The notes under the pieces were generated by a model, which was not told the DNA's origin, made no database searches, and saw only the letters and a list, made by a program, of their open reading frames with translations. This document shows positions 51,201-60,543 of a stretch of DNA of 64,000 bases, one piece after another (within the stretch, counting starts at the first letter, position 1; each line of letters opens with the position of its first letter). The position numbers and the translations under genes are program-made. The stretch spans positions 201-64,200 of the forward strand of contig JAGMCL010000111.1 of NCBI GenBank assembly GCA_023129165.1, read 5' to 3'. This DNA comes from a candidate division WOR-3 bacterium (GTDB lineage Bacteria > Hydrothermota > UBA3073).

Positions 51201-53418
51201 GAAGTGGAGCGAAACCATTGCGGCAATAGAATATTTGAGAGCAATGCAGGTTGCCTTAAGATATTATGTTGGGGTTGCAGACACATCTACCGGTGGCATA
51301 AGGGAAGGTACAATATTGTCGTTTTTCCCGGACAGTAGTGTATCAAAAACAATCCTATGTGAATTTATACCACGGGAAGTAATTGAGAAGTTTAAGGATA
51401 AATTCAGGGATGCAAAAGATGATTACGAGACCTGCCTGTTGCATATACAGCAACTTGTTGACAACGGCGAGGTTGATAGCGTAAGACTCCTCCTTCCCAC
51501 TCTTATAGAACTTGACCGCCAGTATTCATTTCAGTCTCGCATCTCAAAGGCACCAATACTTGCCGTTGCAGACACCGCATATGCCGAGGATACCGGTTTT
51601 GCTGATGAGCTATTTGATTTGCATATAAAATTTGTCAACTCAAATAGTGAGCGACATCGTGTAAATAATTTTATAAGGGCGTCTCTGGGTGATTCTACAT
51701 ATATAGACAGCGTTGATGCACAGGTGCCAGCAGTAATTGCGACAAATGATACACTGGAAGGGATGACATCGGCTCTATTGGATTCCATTAGTAGTTATCC
51801 CGCATCCCCCATAGTTTTGCCCTCATATTATCAGGTTAGAGATAGGGTTAGTGTGGGTGATACATTCAGCCTTCACGCAAGTATTATAAATGGTGGTGCA
51901 GGTGTTGCACATAATGTAAGGGCACGACTTATAACCCCATCTGAGATTAACATCACGGGTGAGAATGAATTTTATATCGGTGATTTAGAGAGTGGTGAAG
52001 AAGTTGAGGTTACCTGGTCGCTTATGTGCAGGGAAGCAGGAGGCCCTGTATCACTTATGATAGCACCCCGTGCAGATAACGGTAAATTTATGTCAAAAAC
52101 GGTAAATATTATGACCGAATATACGATAGCACCGGAGATAGGTGGGGTAACGGTTGACTCACAGTTGATAGAGCCTTATGATTATGTGGTTATCAATGCA
52201 TATGTCACGGGGGTTAAATCCATATACAGGGTATATGCATATATTACAAGGCCAGGTGAATCGTATATCCAGCAAGTCCGTCTTTATGACGATGGTTACC
52301 ATTACGACGGTGAGTCAGATGACCACCTTTACGGTGTCAGATGGAGAACACCCAATTATGCGAAGGATTATTATATCTCTATAACTGCAGAAGATATAAG
52401 TGGCAATACAAGGACACGCGGTAATGTAGTGGGATTTACAAGCAAGGAGTTTGAAAATGCAAATGCTTTACTCATTGTAAACGATAATCTTGATAGATAC
52501 GAAATTGTAAATGATGACACAACAATTATTGGAGGAGATATTGAAAGTTATTACAGAACCTCACTGGATAATCTGGGACACCCCTACGATATGTGGAGAA
52601 CCATCTGTAGAGGTACTCCTACAGATTTTGTGCTTGAGCTTTACAGAAAAGATGGATGCGCGATCTGGGGTAATGGAATCTATAAGGGTAGTATAATATC
52701 AGGTTTGGATGCTCAGAATGCTATTAAATGGTATTTAGGTCGTGAGGGCAAATTTTTTATAAGTGGTCAGGATATTGCCTGGGGTTTGACGCGAAATGGA
52801 AGTGATGTCAATACTCTCCTGGAGGATTATCTTAATACCACTTATCTTTTAGATGATTCAAGAGATTATGATCTTGAGGGAGTGAATGGTGACCCGATAT
52901 CCGATGGGTTAGATATCTCTATCTCAGGTGGTATTGGGGCAAATAATCAGAGATATCCTGATGTTATAGAGCCGACTGGTGAAGGCACATCGATATTTAA
53001 CTACAGTGCGGGGTTGTCTGGAGGAGTAAGGACAGAGGATAGGATTGTATACCTGTCCTTTGGGTTCGAGGGGATAGATTCTGATATAGATAGGGATAGT
53101 ATCCTTGCGAGGGTCTTGGATTACTTTGGGTTCGTTGGTATTCAGGAGAATGAGACTGAGATTATTCATGCTTTCAGAATATATCCTAATCCTTCTTCCA
53201 GATATTTGTGTCTAACGATACCAGGGTCATACAAAAGTAGCTTATTGAGTATATACGATCTATCCGGGAGGCTTTTGAGGAGTATAGATTTAAAGTGTGT
53301 GGATAAAGAAGGGAATACTCACTCTATTGATGTTAGTGATTTGCCTGCGGGAATATACTTTATCCGGGTAGAGACGCCTTCTAAGAAGTATATCCGTAAG
53401 ATAATACTGATAAGATAG
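48283..53418 (+). CDS. Large multidomain secreted protein: PQQ-type propeller, Ig/FN3-like domains, unknown helical domain, T9SS CTD
   Basis: SD GGAGGTGA; signal peptide; WPMYQHDAQHTG, NPDG..KW blades, PNGGE, LYDDG.H.D..DD, SGQDI; CTD YPNP..AGIYF. Confidence 0.9.
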   Translation: MRRFCILAGLFLCHALLFAQPADSPWPMYQHDAQHTGRVDVMGPESPHMDWIYEPTGSGISMPIIDEDSTIYFYSTVDTLFYALYPNGTVKWIYKYNGSGGISGECGVVSEDYIHFVRNTWETNGGSYWSYYHILNKDGTLYWQNDRGGSYWYYNRLYSSPIMGTDRTVYVVGDSGTVAAKDVKLYAFDDTLVQWTSFLKQAQSGHYYFSTPAVGPDGTIYVALDDSIYAVNPDGSRKWSVSRGNFAWADWQKYATVSVGSDSSVYFVSKFGGYDSLTAVDPSGNVMWRWGCPSSLYNIRTPAPSIGLGDTLYFIYGKYLMSLTADGDSIFTIPFDWWGNNLVVTQNMLYVVGRNPGALFAFTHSGKLKWRYNFDAWYIEGVAMGYDGIIGIDGDNRAFCIREGNYAVELLHPNGGENLSTLQPDTIRWSSQNVDSISLYYTLTGSDNIIDYTPIVEKIPNTDEYIWQPPDTSCSSVRVAVVATDSRGSILALDMSDSNFTIDNTHPESWVDSLPGFINSLSFEITWHGYDPGDGSGLDYFDVQYKDGDGSWIDWLMETTDTTKIFTGQENHRYYLRCRGVDKSGNVEPYPSYDTYTYIDITHPTITDVTPIEDGLAGTEPVIHAVVGDPSPGSGLVLDSIKVVFDDTLAYHYPGGVTYDDYTGEVGFKWYCAPLSYGMHTMTISAMDLATNWFSVNRNFNASWFVDKKWELVGNMGRLGGDDTCTLYDESQTEEYLLQLLIDDYAPFERLCLGEDVMFRLECWTGGAVWDFMWAFTDLKILSDGCVDNIRRQVETWVAEDSAAYADSIESATDMVGRIVDEYEEFIDIGISIVDEVYGTGFGDVKTYISVIYDLTSPNDDEIIYQFRQMATRIVMNSFLRITQPSLDDILNNAITHNFTGTYGEAQQATGGLMTPDQYPDGSVLKIYKDWYEAADDSICDYIWTAQGFEFVSYLFGIFGAPIGGFDFGVIFQKWSETIAAIEYLRAMQVALRYYVGVADTSTGGIREGTILSFFPDSSVSKTILCEFIPREVIEKFKDKFRDAKDDYETCLLHIQQLVDNGEVDSVRLLLPTLIELDRQYSFQSRISKAPILAVADTAYAEDTGFADELFDLHIKFVNSNSERHRVNNFIRASLGDSTYIDSVDAQVPAVIATNDTLEGMTSALLDSISSYPASPIVLPSYYQVRDRVSVGDTFSLHASIINGGAGVAHNVRARLITPSEINITGENEFYIGDLESGEEVEVTWSLMCREAGGPVSLMIAPRADNGKFMSKTVNIMTEYTIAPEIGGVTVDSQLIEPYDYVVINAYVTGVKSIYRVYAYITRPGESYIQQVRLYDDGYHYDGESDDHLYGVRWRTPNYAKDYYISITAEDISGNTRTRGNVVGFTSKEFENANALLIVNDNLDRYEIVNDDTTIIGGDIESYYRTSLDNLGHPYDMWRTICRGTPTDFVLELYRKDGCAIWGNGIYKGSIISGLDAQNAIKWYLGREGKFFISGQDIAWGLTRNGSDVNTLLEDYLNTTYLLDDSRDYDLEGVNGDPISDGLDISISGGIGANNQRYPDVIEPTGEGTSIFNYSAGLSGGVRTEDRIVYLSFGFEGIDSDIDRDSILARVLDYFGFVGIQENETEIIHAFRIYPNPSSRYLCLTIPGSYKSSLLSIYDLSGRLLRSIDLKCVDKEGNTHSIDVSDLPAGIYFIRVETPSKKYIRKIILIR

Positions 53419-53441
53419 TATCAATGACCATAAGTCAACAT

Positions 53442-53516
53442 ATGTAGGGCAAACCCTGCCTACCGGCAGGCAGGCTTCAGGTTTGCTTTTACGCAAGGGT
53501 TAAGCTCTTACCATAC
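53442..53516 (-). repeat. GTAG REP doublet with inserted 20-mer (right member of an inverted pair)
   Basis: Reverse complement closely matches 47930-48001; 20-mer at 53455-53474. Confidence 0.85.
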
Positions 53517-53572
53517 TAGTCTATATTTAGTAGAGATTTCGTAACCGTAGAACAATACGGACTAACGATGAT

Positions 53573-54754
53573 ATGATGATATTAGCAATCCTATTAATTA
53601 TAACTCAATCTCCTGACTCTGTCATTGAATATAACCATACGATGCAGAGGGGTAGCACACTTAGTGAGGCGATTGAAATGAGTGGTCTGGGAAAAGATTC
53701 CTATGTGAAACTGATAACACTACTTGAAGACAGCGTAGATGTGAGGAAGTGCTATCCAGGTGATAAAATAAATATTAAAAGGTCAGGAAATAAGATTGTT
53801 GAATTCAGCTTCGAAGGCAAGTACCTTACATACAGTGTAGATAGTCTTTACAGGTTTAAGAGGGAGAAGGAGAAGCTTCTTTTAACACTTATCCATGGTT
53901 ACATAGATGGAGGGTTTTTATGGGAAGCCATTGTATCAAACGGTGGCTCTCCGAATCTTGTATATAGGTTTACAGATGAGATATTTATCTGGGATATAGA
54001 TTTTAATGTTGAAACAAGGACTGGGGATGAATTTTTGGTTATTGTATATAAAAGGTATATGGGAGATAGATTTCTTGGATTTGGGAATATACTATATGCA
54101 TCCTATAAGCAAGTAAGAAGAGAGTTAAGAGCATATTACTATACTCCTGAAGGCAAGAGACCTGACTATTATAACTTAGAAGGCAAATCTTTACAGCGAG
54201 TGTTTCTAAGAGCACCTCTATCATATACAAGGATAAGTTCGAGATTCAGTAAGTCCCGATTACATCCAATCTTACGTATAAGAAGACCCCATCTTGGGGT
54301 AGACTACGCTGCGCCAATAGGCACACCTGTAAAGACCATCGGGGATGGAAAGGTAATATTGAGAAAATGGAATGGTGGTTATGGAAATCAGGTAGTTATT
54401 CAACATGGTTCGAGATATAAGAGTTATTATGGGCATCTTTCAAGGTTTGTATCAAGGGTAAAAAAGGGCAGTTATGTTAAACAGGGAGATATAATTGGAT
54501 ACGTAGGTTCTACAGGACTCTCCACAGGTCCGCATCTCGACTTTAGAATTAAAAGGGATGGGAGGTGGATAGACCCATTAAAGCTTGATCCCCCATCAAG
54601 AAAAGACCCCATCTCACAAGAAGAGATGGAGTCTTTTAAAGAATATAAAGAACATATCTTCTCCCTGCAGAGGCAGCTCGAGACATGCAGGAATCTTTCT
54701 CATATGTTGGGAATAAGAAATAGCCTTATTAAATCAGAGGTTAAGCAGCCTTAA
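53573..54754 (+). CDS. MepM/Csd3-like M23 DD-endopeptidase
   Basis: ISSRF..R.HPI, HLGVDYAA, YGHLS and STGPHLDF. Confidence 0.93.
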   Translation: MMILAILLIITQSPDSVIEYNHTMQRGSTLSEAIEMSGLGKDSYVKLITLLEDSVDVRKCYPGDKINIKRSGNKIVEFSFEGKYLTYSVDSLYRFKREKEKLLLTLIHGYIDGGFLWEAIVSNGGSPNLVYRFTDEIFIWDIDFNVETRTGDEFLVIVYKRYMGDRFLGFGNILYASYKQVRRELRAYYYTPEGKRPDYYNLEGKSLQRVFLRAPLSYTRISSRFSKSRLHPILRIRRPHLGVDYAAPIGTPVKTIGDGKVILRKWNGGYGNQVVIQHGSRYKSYYGHLSRFVSRVKKGSYVKQGDIIGYVGSTGLSTGPHLDFRIKRDGRWIDPLKLDPPSRKDPISQEEMESFKEYKEHIFSLQRQLETCRNLSHMLGIRNSLIKSEVKQP

Positions 54755-54998
54755 GTTGAGATAGTTTCTTGGTAAGTCTTGATTTCTTTCTTGCTGCTGT
54801 ATTTTTGTGTATAATTTTCTTTTTTGCTGCCTTATCTATTGCAGAGTATGCCTCTGAAAGTGTGATTTTCTTTTTCTTCGGTGTAGCTGCAATTGCAGTA
54901 ACTATCTTCGTTTTCATACGTCTCTTATACCCTATATTTCTTGATTTCTTGACTTTATCCTGTCTTATTCTTTTCCTTGTCGAAGGCGTATGCGCCAT
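54741..54998 (-). CDS. rpsT: 30S ribosomal protein S20
   Basis: S..KRIRQ and IDKAAKK.IIHKNTAARKKSRL. Confidence 0.96.
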   Translation of the reverse strand: MAHTPSTRKRIRQDKVKKSRNIGYKRRMKTKIVTAIAATPKKKKITLSEAYSAIDKAAKKKIIHKNTAARKKSRLTKKLSQLKAA

Positions 54999-55322
54999 TA
55001 TCCCTCCAGATATGTTTTGAATTTTATTATTAATTATAATTACACGCAGATTATAACATAAATTTTATTATATGTCAAGAAAAAAGTTGACATAGAGAAT
55101 TATATGTGTTGTTATTTTTATTGATATCATACTATGTGCTGTAATATAAGATACTTATAACTATTTTTATAAAAAATATCTTGACTTTTTATTAAATGTA
55201 TGTTATCATATAGGGTTATCTTATATATAGTTTTTATAAACTTTTAAAAGTATAAACTATAATTTACTTCTCCACTGCGGTTGTGTTAAACACAATGGAA
55301 GTAGATAAAAAAAGGAGGTTCT

Positions 55323-56417
55323 ATGGGTAAGATAAGAGTGGGTATTATTGGTGTGGGTAATTGTGCATCTTCACTTGTTCAGGGTATATATTTTTACAGG
55401 AATATAAGCGATAAAGAGTTAATCCCCGGCATAATGCATACAAACTTTGGAGGATATAGAATTAGTGATATAGAATTCTCCTGCGCATTTGATATAGATA
55501 TAAACAAGGTTAAGAAGGATCTTGCAGTTGCAATTTTTAAAAAACCAAACAATACATATAAATTCTGTGATGTCCCGAAACTTAACATCCCTGTGTTGAG
55601 AGGAATGACCCATGATGGCATCGGAAAGTATCTTGCTCCTATTATAAAGATTGCTCCTGGTTCTACGGTTGATATGATCAGGGTTTTGAGAGAGACAAAA
55701 ACAGATATGTGTATTAGCTACTTACCAGTTGGAAGTGAGGAGGCTACAAAATGGTATGTAGAACAATTATTACAGGCTGGAGTTGGATTAATAAATTGTA
55801 TACCCGCTTTCGTAGCTTCTCAGAAATATTGGAATGATAGATTTAAAAGTGCCGGTTTACCAATAATAGGTGATGACATAAAATCACAGGTTGGAGCAAC
55901 GATAGTTCATAGAGTTCTTGTAAACCTATTCAAAGATAGGGGGGTTAAGCTTGAACGCACATATCAATTGAATGTAGGAGGAAATACCGATTTTCTAAAT
56001 ATGCTTGAAAGGGAAAGACTCGAATCTAAAAAGATGTCAAAAACTCAGGCGGTTACTTCACAACTGTCATATAAGCTCCCTGATGAAGATATTCATGTTG
56101 GTCCATCTGACTATATTCCCTGGTTAAAAGATAGGAAATTTGCATTTATGAGACTTGAAGGAACTACCTTTGGTAATGTTCCTCTTACGGCTGAGCTCAA
56201 ACTTGAGGTCTGGGATTCTCCTAATTCAGCAGGGGTTGTTATCGATGCCATAAGAGCACTCAAGATTGCTTTAGATGCAGGCTTATCCGGGAGTATAATT
56301 GAACCCTCTTCATATTTCATGAAGTCCCCACCTGTACAGTTTACTGATGATATTGCTCGAGACAAGGTAGAGGAGTTTATTAAAAAATATTCTAGTTCAA
56401 ACAAGAAAGAAAAATAA
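55323..56417 (+). CDS. ino1: Myo-inositol-1-phosphate synthase
   Basis: [39 protein letters not shown] and WDSPNSAG. Confidence 0.96.
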   Translation: MGKIRVGIIGVGNCASSLVQGIYFYRNISDKELIPGIMHTNFGGYRISDIEFSCAFDIDINKVKKDLAVAIFKKPNNTYKFCDVPKLNIPVLRGMTHDGIGKYLAPIIKIAPGSTVDMIRVLRETKTDMCISYLPVGSEEATKWYVEQLLQAGVGLINCIPAFVASQKYWNDRFKSAGLPIIGDDIKSQVGATIVHRVLVNLFKDRGVKLERTYQLNVGGNTDFLNMLERERLESKKMSKTQAVTSQLSYKLPDEDIHVGPSDYIPWLKDRKFAFMRLEGTTFGNVPLTAELKLEVWDSPNSAGVVIDAIRALKIALDAGLSGSIIEPSSYFMKSPPVQFTDDIARDKVEEFIKKYSSSNKKEK

Positions 56418-56426
56418 GAGGTAACT

Positions 56427-57047
56427 ATGACTGAACTCCTTATTACATTTGAGGGTATAGAGGGAAGTGGAAAGTCTGTACAAGCAAAACTTCTATATGA
56501 TTACTTTCAAGAAAAGGATATCTCCTCAATATTAACAAGAGAACCGGGTGGTTCTGATCTTTCAGAGAAAGTAAGGGAAATACTTCTTGACCGCCAACAC
56601 CTTGATATGGTTCCCTATACAGAATTGTTTCTCTATCTTGCTGCAAGAGCTCAACATACCCAGGAAGTCATAAAACCTGCCCTTGCGCAGGGCAAGATTG
56701 TTATATGTGATAGATATATAGATGCATCTATCGTATATCAAGGAGATGGGAGAGGAATATCTAAAACACTTATAACGCAGCTCAATAAGACTTCAACCGG
56801 GGGCTTAGTGCCAAATTTAACCTTTCTTTTAGATATTGAGCCTGAGATTGCACTTAAGAGAATTGAAAGAAAAGATAGGCTTGAGTCTGAATCACTGGAG
56901 TTTCACAACCGTGTCAGAGGTGGTTATCTAAAACTTCATAGACAGAATCCAGATAGGTTTGTACTTCTCGATGGTACTAAATCTATAGAAAAATTACATA
57001 ATGAGATAAAGGATATATTTGAGGCAAGAATGATGAAGTTGGAATAG
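56427..57047 (+). CDS. tmk: Thymidylate kinase
   Basis: FEGIEGSGKS, TREPGG and CDRY..S..YQG. Confidence 0.96.
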   Translation: MTELLITFEGIEGSGKSVQAKLLYDYFQEKDISSILTREPGGSDLSEKVREILLDRQHLDMVPYTELFLYLAARAQHTQEVIKPALAQGKIVICDRYIDASIVYQGDGRGISKTLITQLNKTSTGGLVPNLTFLLDIEPEIALKRIERKDRLESESLEFHNRVRGGYLKLHRQNPDRFVLLDGTKSIEKLHNEIKDIFEARMMKLE

Positions 57048-57125
57048 ATAGAGAGTGAATCTCCCATTCTTCTGGAATTGGTGGATGAGCATGGTAATCT
57101 CATCTCTAATTACTATCCCTAATAT

Positions 57126-57167
57126 GAGATTGTTTCACTCTGATGGTCGTTGGAATTCGCAATGACA
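57126..57167 (+). repeat. Right arm of a GAGATTG...TCGCAATGACA element
   Basis: Same terminal sequence as the 2929-3080 element. Confidence 0.55.
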
Positions 57168-57251
57168 GACCAGACCCGTATCACATAGCTTTGGAATATT
57201 GTTAAAAATTCTAACTTGTGTATTGTTTTTTACAGTTTTGATTACCCACCA

Positions 57252-60200
57252 ATGTATCTTGAATCTATTTCTATCTCCGGTTTTAAGTCGTTTCCCCATA
57301 AAACAATCATAAAATATCACCCTGGAATAAATTGCATTATAGGTCCAAATGGATGTGGAAAATCCAATATTATAGATGCAATTAGATGGGCACTTGGTGA
57401 AAGCAGAACTTCACTTCTCAGAGCAAAGACCATGCAAGAGTTGATATTTCATGGAACCGAAAGGAGACCCCAGAAAGGAATGGCAGAGGTATCACTATGT
57501 TTTCTTAATGATGGGATACTACCCATAAAGTCAAGTGAGATAGTTATTTCAAGAAAACTTACACGATCTGGAGAGAATGAATTTTATTTAAATGATAAAA
57601 GAGTACTACAAAGAGATATTGTAGAGTTGTTTGAGTCGATAAACCCGCAGGGTTATTCCCTTCTATCACGAGAGGAGATAGATTCTGTTCTTTCGGGTGA
57701 TCCATACTATCGAAGAAGAACAGTAGAAGAAGTCGCTGGTGTAGTAACATATAGAAACCATAAATTAAGTACTCTATCGAAACTTGAGCGTATGAAAACA
57801 GATATAGAGAAATTGGATAATGTTATAAGCGAAGTCTCTGCAAGAGAGATAGAGCTTCGTAGTGCAGCAAGGAGGGCAGTCAAATACGAAAACCTGAAGA
57901 GGGATATTGGGCATATAAGGTGGACACTTTTGAAGGATATGACAGCACAGATTGATAAGAAGTTAGAAACTATATCATCGTTAATCACTAAGGAAAAAGG
58001 ATTACAGAAAAAGGTAAAAGATTTAGAGAAATCAAAAGCATCTATTATGGGTAGAAAAAAAGAACTGGAAGAAAGAGGAAAAGAGATAGGAAACAGGATG
58101 CTTCAACTTGAGAAACAGGAGTCTTCGCTTAAAGAAAAAAGAGAGAACCTCAAGTATCGATTGGATGAGATTCTTAAACAGAGAGATAGAATAATGAAAG
58201 ATTTGTTAAAGGTTGGAAAGACAAGGAAAGATGTTGATAATAATTACAAGAAAATTCTTAAACGTATCGATTCGGAAAGAGATGAAATAAAATTATATCC
58301 TGAAGTTGATGAAACACTATATGAGAAAAGAGATGAGATTATCAGGGGAATTGAGTCATTGAAAAAAGAGAGTGCTTCTGTAAGAGAAAATCTCATCATA
58401 ACAAAGACAATAGTTGAGAGCAATAAGAAGAGAAGAGAACACATAAGGGAGGAACTGGAGAGAACTAAGCAGAGAAAAGGTGTTGCAGAAAAAGAGCTTA
58501 AGAAAACATTGGGATTATCTGAAAACTTGAAGCCACCCGCAAGAGATATGGAGGAAATAGAGGATTCTATACAAAAGCTTGAACAGGAACGTGCAAGATT
58601 GTTGATTTATGTGAAAGACGTTATTTCTGATGAGGATTATGTAAAACTTGGTGATGTTATTACAGCGAAGAAGGGCAAAGAAAGGATTGTTTATGGAGCA
58701 CTTGGTTCAGTTTTGTCCTGTATACTTGTTAATAAACTTGAAGAGGTTGTTTTCTCTGATGGTAAAAGAAAAGAATTTATATGTCCAGATTTGCTGCCTG
58801 ATTGGAATTTTAAGGAAAATTATGAGGATTTGTCAACTTTCGTTAACTTGGACCATGATTATAAATACCTTGAATCGATTTTACATATATTCATTGTGAC
58901 CTCAGATATAAAATCTGCAATTTCCCTTCGAAAAAAGGGGCTTAATCTACCTATCGTCACTAAGAATGGAGAATTACTGACATATCTTGGTATACTTGAA
59001 GTAGGAGAACCTGAGATTAAAATTAGTAAAACTAGATTAGAAAAGGAGCTTGAAGAGGTAGAGAAAAAGATAAAGGAGAAACGGAAACTGTTGGATGAAA
59101 GACGAACTGCAAAGATAGCCTATGAAAGGAAAAGTGTGACACTGAGTCTAAGAATAAAGGAACTAAAGGTGGATATTAAGGAAATGGATAAAACTCTTAA
59201 TGATCTGAAGAAGGAACTAAAGGATGATGTCCAGGTTGATATGAAATCCCCGGAAGAGACACTTTTAAAGTTGACAGAACTTATTAGAGAAAAAGAGAAG
59301 GGCAGAGATAAGATTGAGAGTGATGTTGCTTATGTGAATAGACTTATTGAGGCGAGAAAGAAAGAAGAATTAGAAATCTCAAAATTTGAAAATGAATCGA
59401 GGTTTTTAGATAAGGAATTAAATGGTTATGATAAAAACCTTGAAGAGTTAAGAAAGAATCTTTCTTCAGTCACAGAAAAAGAGAGGGGAGTAAAGCAAAA
59501 CCTTGATGAGGTGACTTTTTCATATAAAGGTGTTACTAAAGAACTAAAGGATTTAAGAAAGGAAACAGAGGATTTTTCAGATATAGAACTTGTTGGTGGT
59601 ATTACTGATCTTTTTGAATTTGAAAAGGAGATAGAAAGGAGTAGAAATTCGCTGTATTCAATCAGGGAGGAACGGCATTCTCAGGAGCTTGAAATAACAC
59701 GTTTAGAAACCAGAACTAAGGAGATTGAGAGTAAGGGTGTAATTAGACCAGAGAAGTCATATCTTATTGATGATATTAATGAGAGATTGGAAAATTATGA
59801 GAAAAGACTCCAGTTAATGCAACCGGTGAATCCACTTGCTATCAAGGAACATGAGGAAATAAAACAAAGATTAACGTTCCTTCAAGAGGAAAGGGAAGAC
59901 ATAATTCGTTCACGGTCTATAATTGAGGAAACAATAAACCTACTTGACGAACAGGCACGAAATAAAGTAAGGGAAGCAATGGTGAAAATAAATAAAAAGT
60001 TTAACGATATCTTCCAGATACTCTTTCAGGGGGGTGAAGCGAGACTTTTACTTAACGATGGAGATCCTCTTGTAGCCAATGTTGATATAGTTGTTTCTCC
60101 CAAGGGGAAAAAACTTAGAAGGATTGAGCAACTCTCTACCGGAGAAAGGACTCTTTCCGTGATAGCTCTTTTTTTTGGGGTTTACGAACTTAAACCCACT

Positions 60201-60410
60201 CCCTTTATGATACTTGATGAGGTTGATGCACCTCTGGATGATGCAAACTTATTTAGATTCCTCTCATTGATAAAAAGACGAGCAGAGAAAACCCAGTATA
60301 TACTAATTACTCATAATAAACAGACTATGGAATCAGCAAATTACCTTTATGGTGTGACTATGGAAGAACCTGGTGTATCAAAGATTGTTTCTGTGAGATT
60401 GCGTGAATGA
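57252..60410 (+). CDS. smc: Chromosome partition protein SMC
   Basis: GFKSF, Walker A GPNGCGKSN, coiled coils, PVN.LA, LSTGE signature, LDEVDAPLD and ITH. Confidence 0.93.
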   Translation: MYLESISISGFKSFPHKTIIKYHPGINCIIGPNGCGKSNIIDAIRWALGESRTSLLRAKTMQELIFHGTERRPQKGMAEVSLCFLNDGILPIKSSEIVISRKLTRSGENEFYLNDKRVLQRDIVELFESINPQGYSLLSREEIDSVLSGDPYYRRRTVEEVAGVVTYRNHKLSTLSKLERMKTDIEKLDNVISEVSAREIELRSAARRAVKYENLKRDIGHIRWTLLKDMTAQIDKKLETISSLITKEKGLQKKVKDLEKSKASIMGRKKELEERGKEIGNRMLQLEKQESSLKEKRENLKYRLDEILKQRDRIMKDLLKVGKTRKDVDNNYKKILKRIDSERDEIKLYPEVDETLYEKRDEIIRGIESLKKESASVRENLIITKTIVESNKKRREHIREELERTKQRKGVAEKELKKTLGLSENLKPPARDMEEIEDSIQKLEQERARLLIYVKDVISDEDYVKLGDVITAKKGKERIVYGALGSVLSCILVNKLEEVVFSDGKRKEFICPDLLPDWNFKENYEDLSTFVNLDHDYKYLESILHIFIVTSDIKSAISLRKKGLNLPIVTKNGELLTYLGILEVGEPEIKISKTRLEKELEEVEKKIKEKRKLLDERRTAKIAYERKSVTLSLRIKELKVDIKEMDKTLNDLKKELKDDVQVDMKSPEETLLKLTELIREKEKGRDKIESDVAYVNRLIEARKKEELEISKFENESRFLDKELNGYDKNLEELRKNLSSVTEKERGVKQNLDEVTFSYKGVTKELKDLRKETEDFSDIELVGGITDLFEFEKEIERSRNSLYSIREERHSQELEITRLETRTKEIESKGVIRPEKSYLIDDINERLENYEKRLQLMQPVNPLAIKEHEEIKQRLTFLQEEREDIIRSRSIIEETINLLDEQARNKVREAMVKINKKFNDIFQILFQGGEARLLLNDGDPLVANVDIVVSPKGKKLRRIEQLSTGERTLSVIALFFGVYELKPTPFMILDEVDAPLDDANLFRFLSLIKRRAEKTQYILITHNKQTMESANYLYGVTMEEPGVSKIVSVRLRE

Positions 60411-60468
60411 TTCACATATTATAAAGAGAGCTCAAAGGTAGTTTTTAAAGAGCTCTCGAAAATATTTC

Positions 60469-60497
60469 TTGACAAAATATAAAAATAAGTGTATAAT
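60469..60497 (+). promoter_or_regulatory. Sigma70 promoter
   Basis: TTGACA-17-TATAAT upstream of the DAK2 gene. Confidence 0.65.
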
Positions 60498-60543
60498 TTA
60501 ATTAGGAAATTTTTCTTTAATTTATTAAATTTTTAAACTAATT

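Noticed and set aside
53290-53496. 68-aa minus-strand ORF (PEACLPVGR)
   Set aside because: Translation of the REP and 20-mer, antisense to a real gene.
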